Shown one piece after another: positions 43,609 to 43,885 of a DNA stretch of 43,885 nucleotides (its first letter is position 1; every line of letters begins with the position of its first letter). The stretch comes from a virus. Its lineage: Duplodnaviria; Caudoviricetes. Location: positions 1-43,885 of IMG/VR virus record IMGVR_UViG_3300020138_000049; one strand, given 5' to 3'. A model generated the notes under the pieces. It was not told the DNA's origin and did no database searches. It was given only the letters and a program-made list of their open reading frames with translations. Made by a program: the position numbers and the translations under genes.

Positions 43609-43646
43609 GGGTGTTCTCCGTTGGGAAGGGAAGGCCGAAAGGCCGA

Positions 43647-43885
43647 TTACTGACCGGACGCCGCCGGCAACACCGAACGCACCGCCCGCACGCGGGCTTG
43701 GAAGCTCTGGTGGCCGAGGTCGCTGCGGCGGTGCTGAAATCGACGCCCCACGCGTAGTCCGAAGGGGACTCCGCGTCGACGGTGCTGGACCAATAGCGGC
43801 TGGGATCGCACTGGAAAAGGTCGGTGTTGATCGCGGGGTTGAAGCGGGTGTCGTCAACCAACGTCAGCAGCTCTTTGCGAGTGGG
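43647..43885 (-). pseudogene. Partial second copy of target 1 carrying VR1 allele b (43653-43774; 1-bp deletion frameshift)
   Basis: Flanks identical to the copy at 1-310; 14 substitutions at TR adenines plus loss of one base near the TR GGC codon. Confidence 0.75.

Larger units (their letters stand above)
1..43885. mobile_element. Complete temperate siphophage genome (excised/circular form)
   Basis: All major phage modules, intact attP, terminal overlap, no host genes. Confidence 0.92.

Noticed and set aside
43145-43861. Frameshift-driven fusion of target 1 to target 2
   Set aside because: The 1-nt deletion moves target 1 into a frame different from target 2, giving a nonsense tail
43577-43885. 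Biological direct terminal repeat
   Set aside because: A Nu1/gpA terminase implies cos ends near terS, and the repeat is centred on the hypervariable VR, as expected for an assembly break

Overview
The window is an apparently complete temperate, lambda-like siphophage genome (GC-rich; a Xanthomonadales-type host is only an inference). It is circularly permuted at about 43,576 bp, because bases 1-310 recur at 43577-43885. Modules: a leftward early operon controlled by a cI/cro switch with five 17-bp operators; primase, VapE helicase and an iteron origin; Nu1/gpA terminase; a Mor-type late activator with four conserved late promoters; lambda-type portal and a ClpP-capsid fusion; tail genes; a lysis cassette; and an intact attP (tRNA-Leu-like 3' end) beside a tyrosine integrase. 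The most notable system is a complete diversity-generating retroelement (DGR) inside the early operon. It has two tandem, stand-alone DUF1566 (C-type-lectin-fold) target genes that are not tail fibres, an avd gene, and a reverse transcriptase whose 5' coding region contains the 123-bp template repeat in frame. The two copies of the terminal overlap are identical except in the variable repeat of target 1, so two adenine-mutagenised alleles of the same gene appear to be captured. This suggests the DGR is active. All family assignments come from motif recognition by eye, not database searches.
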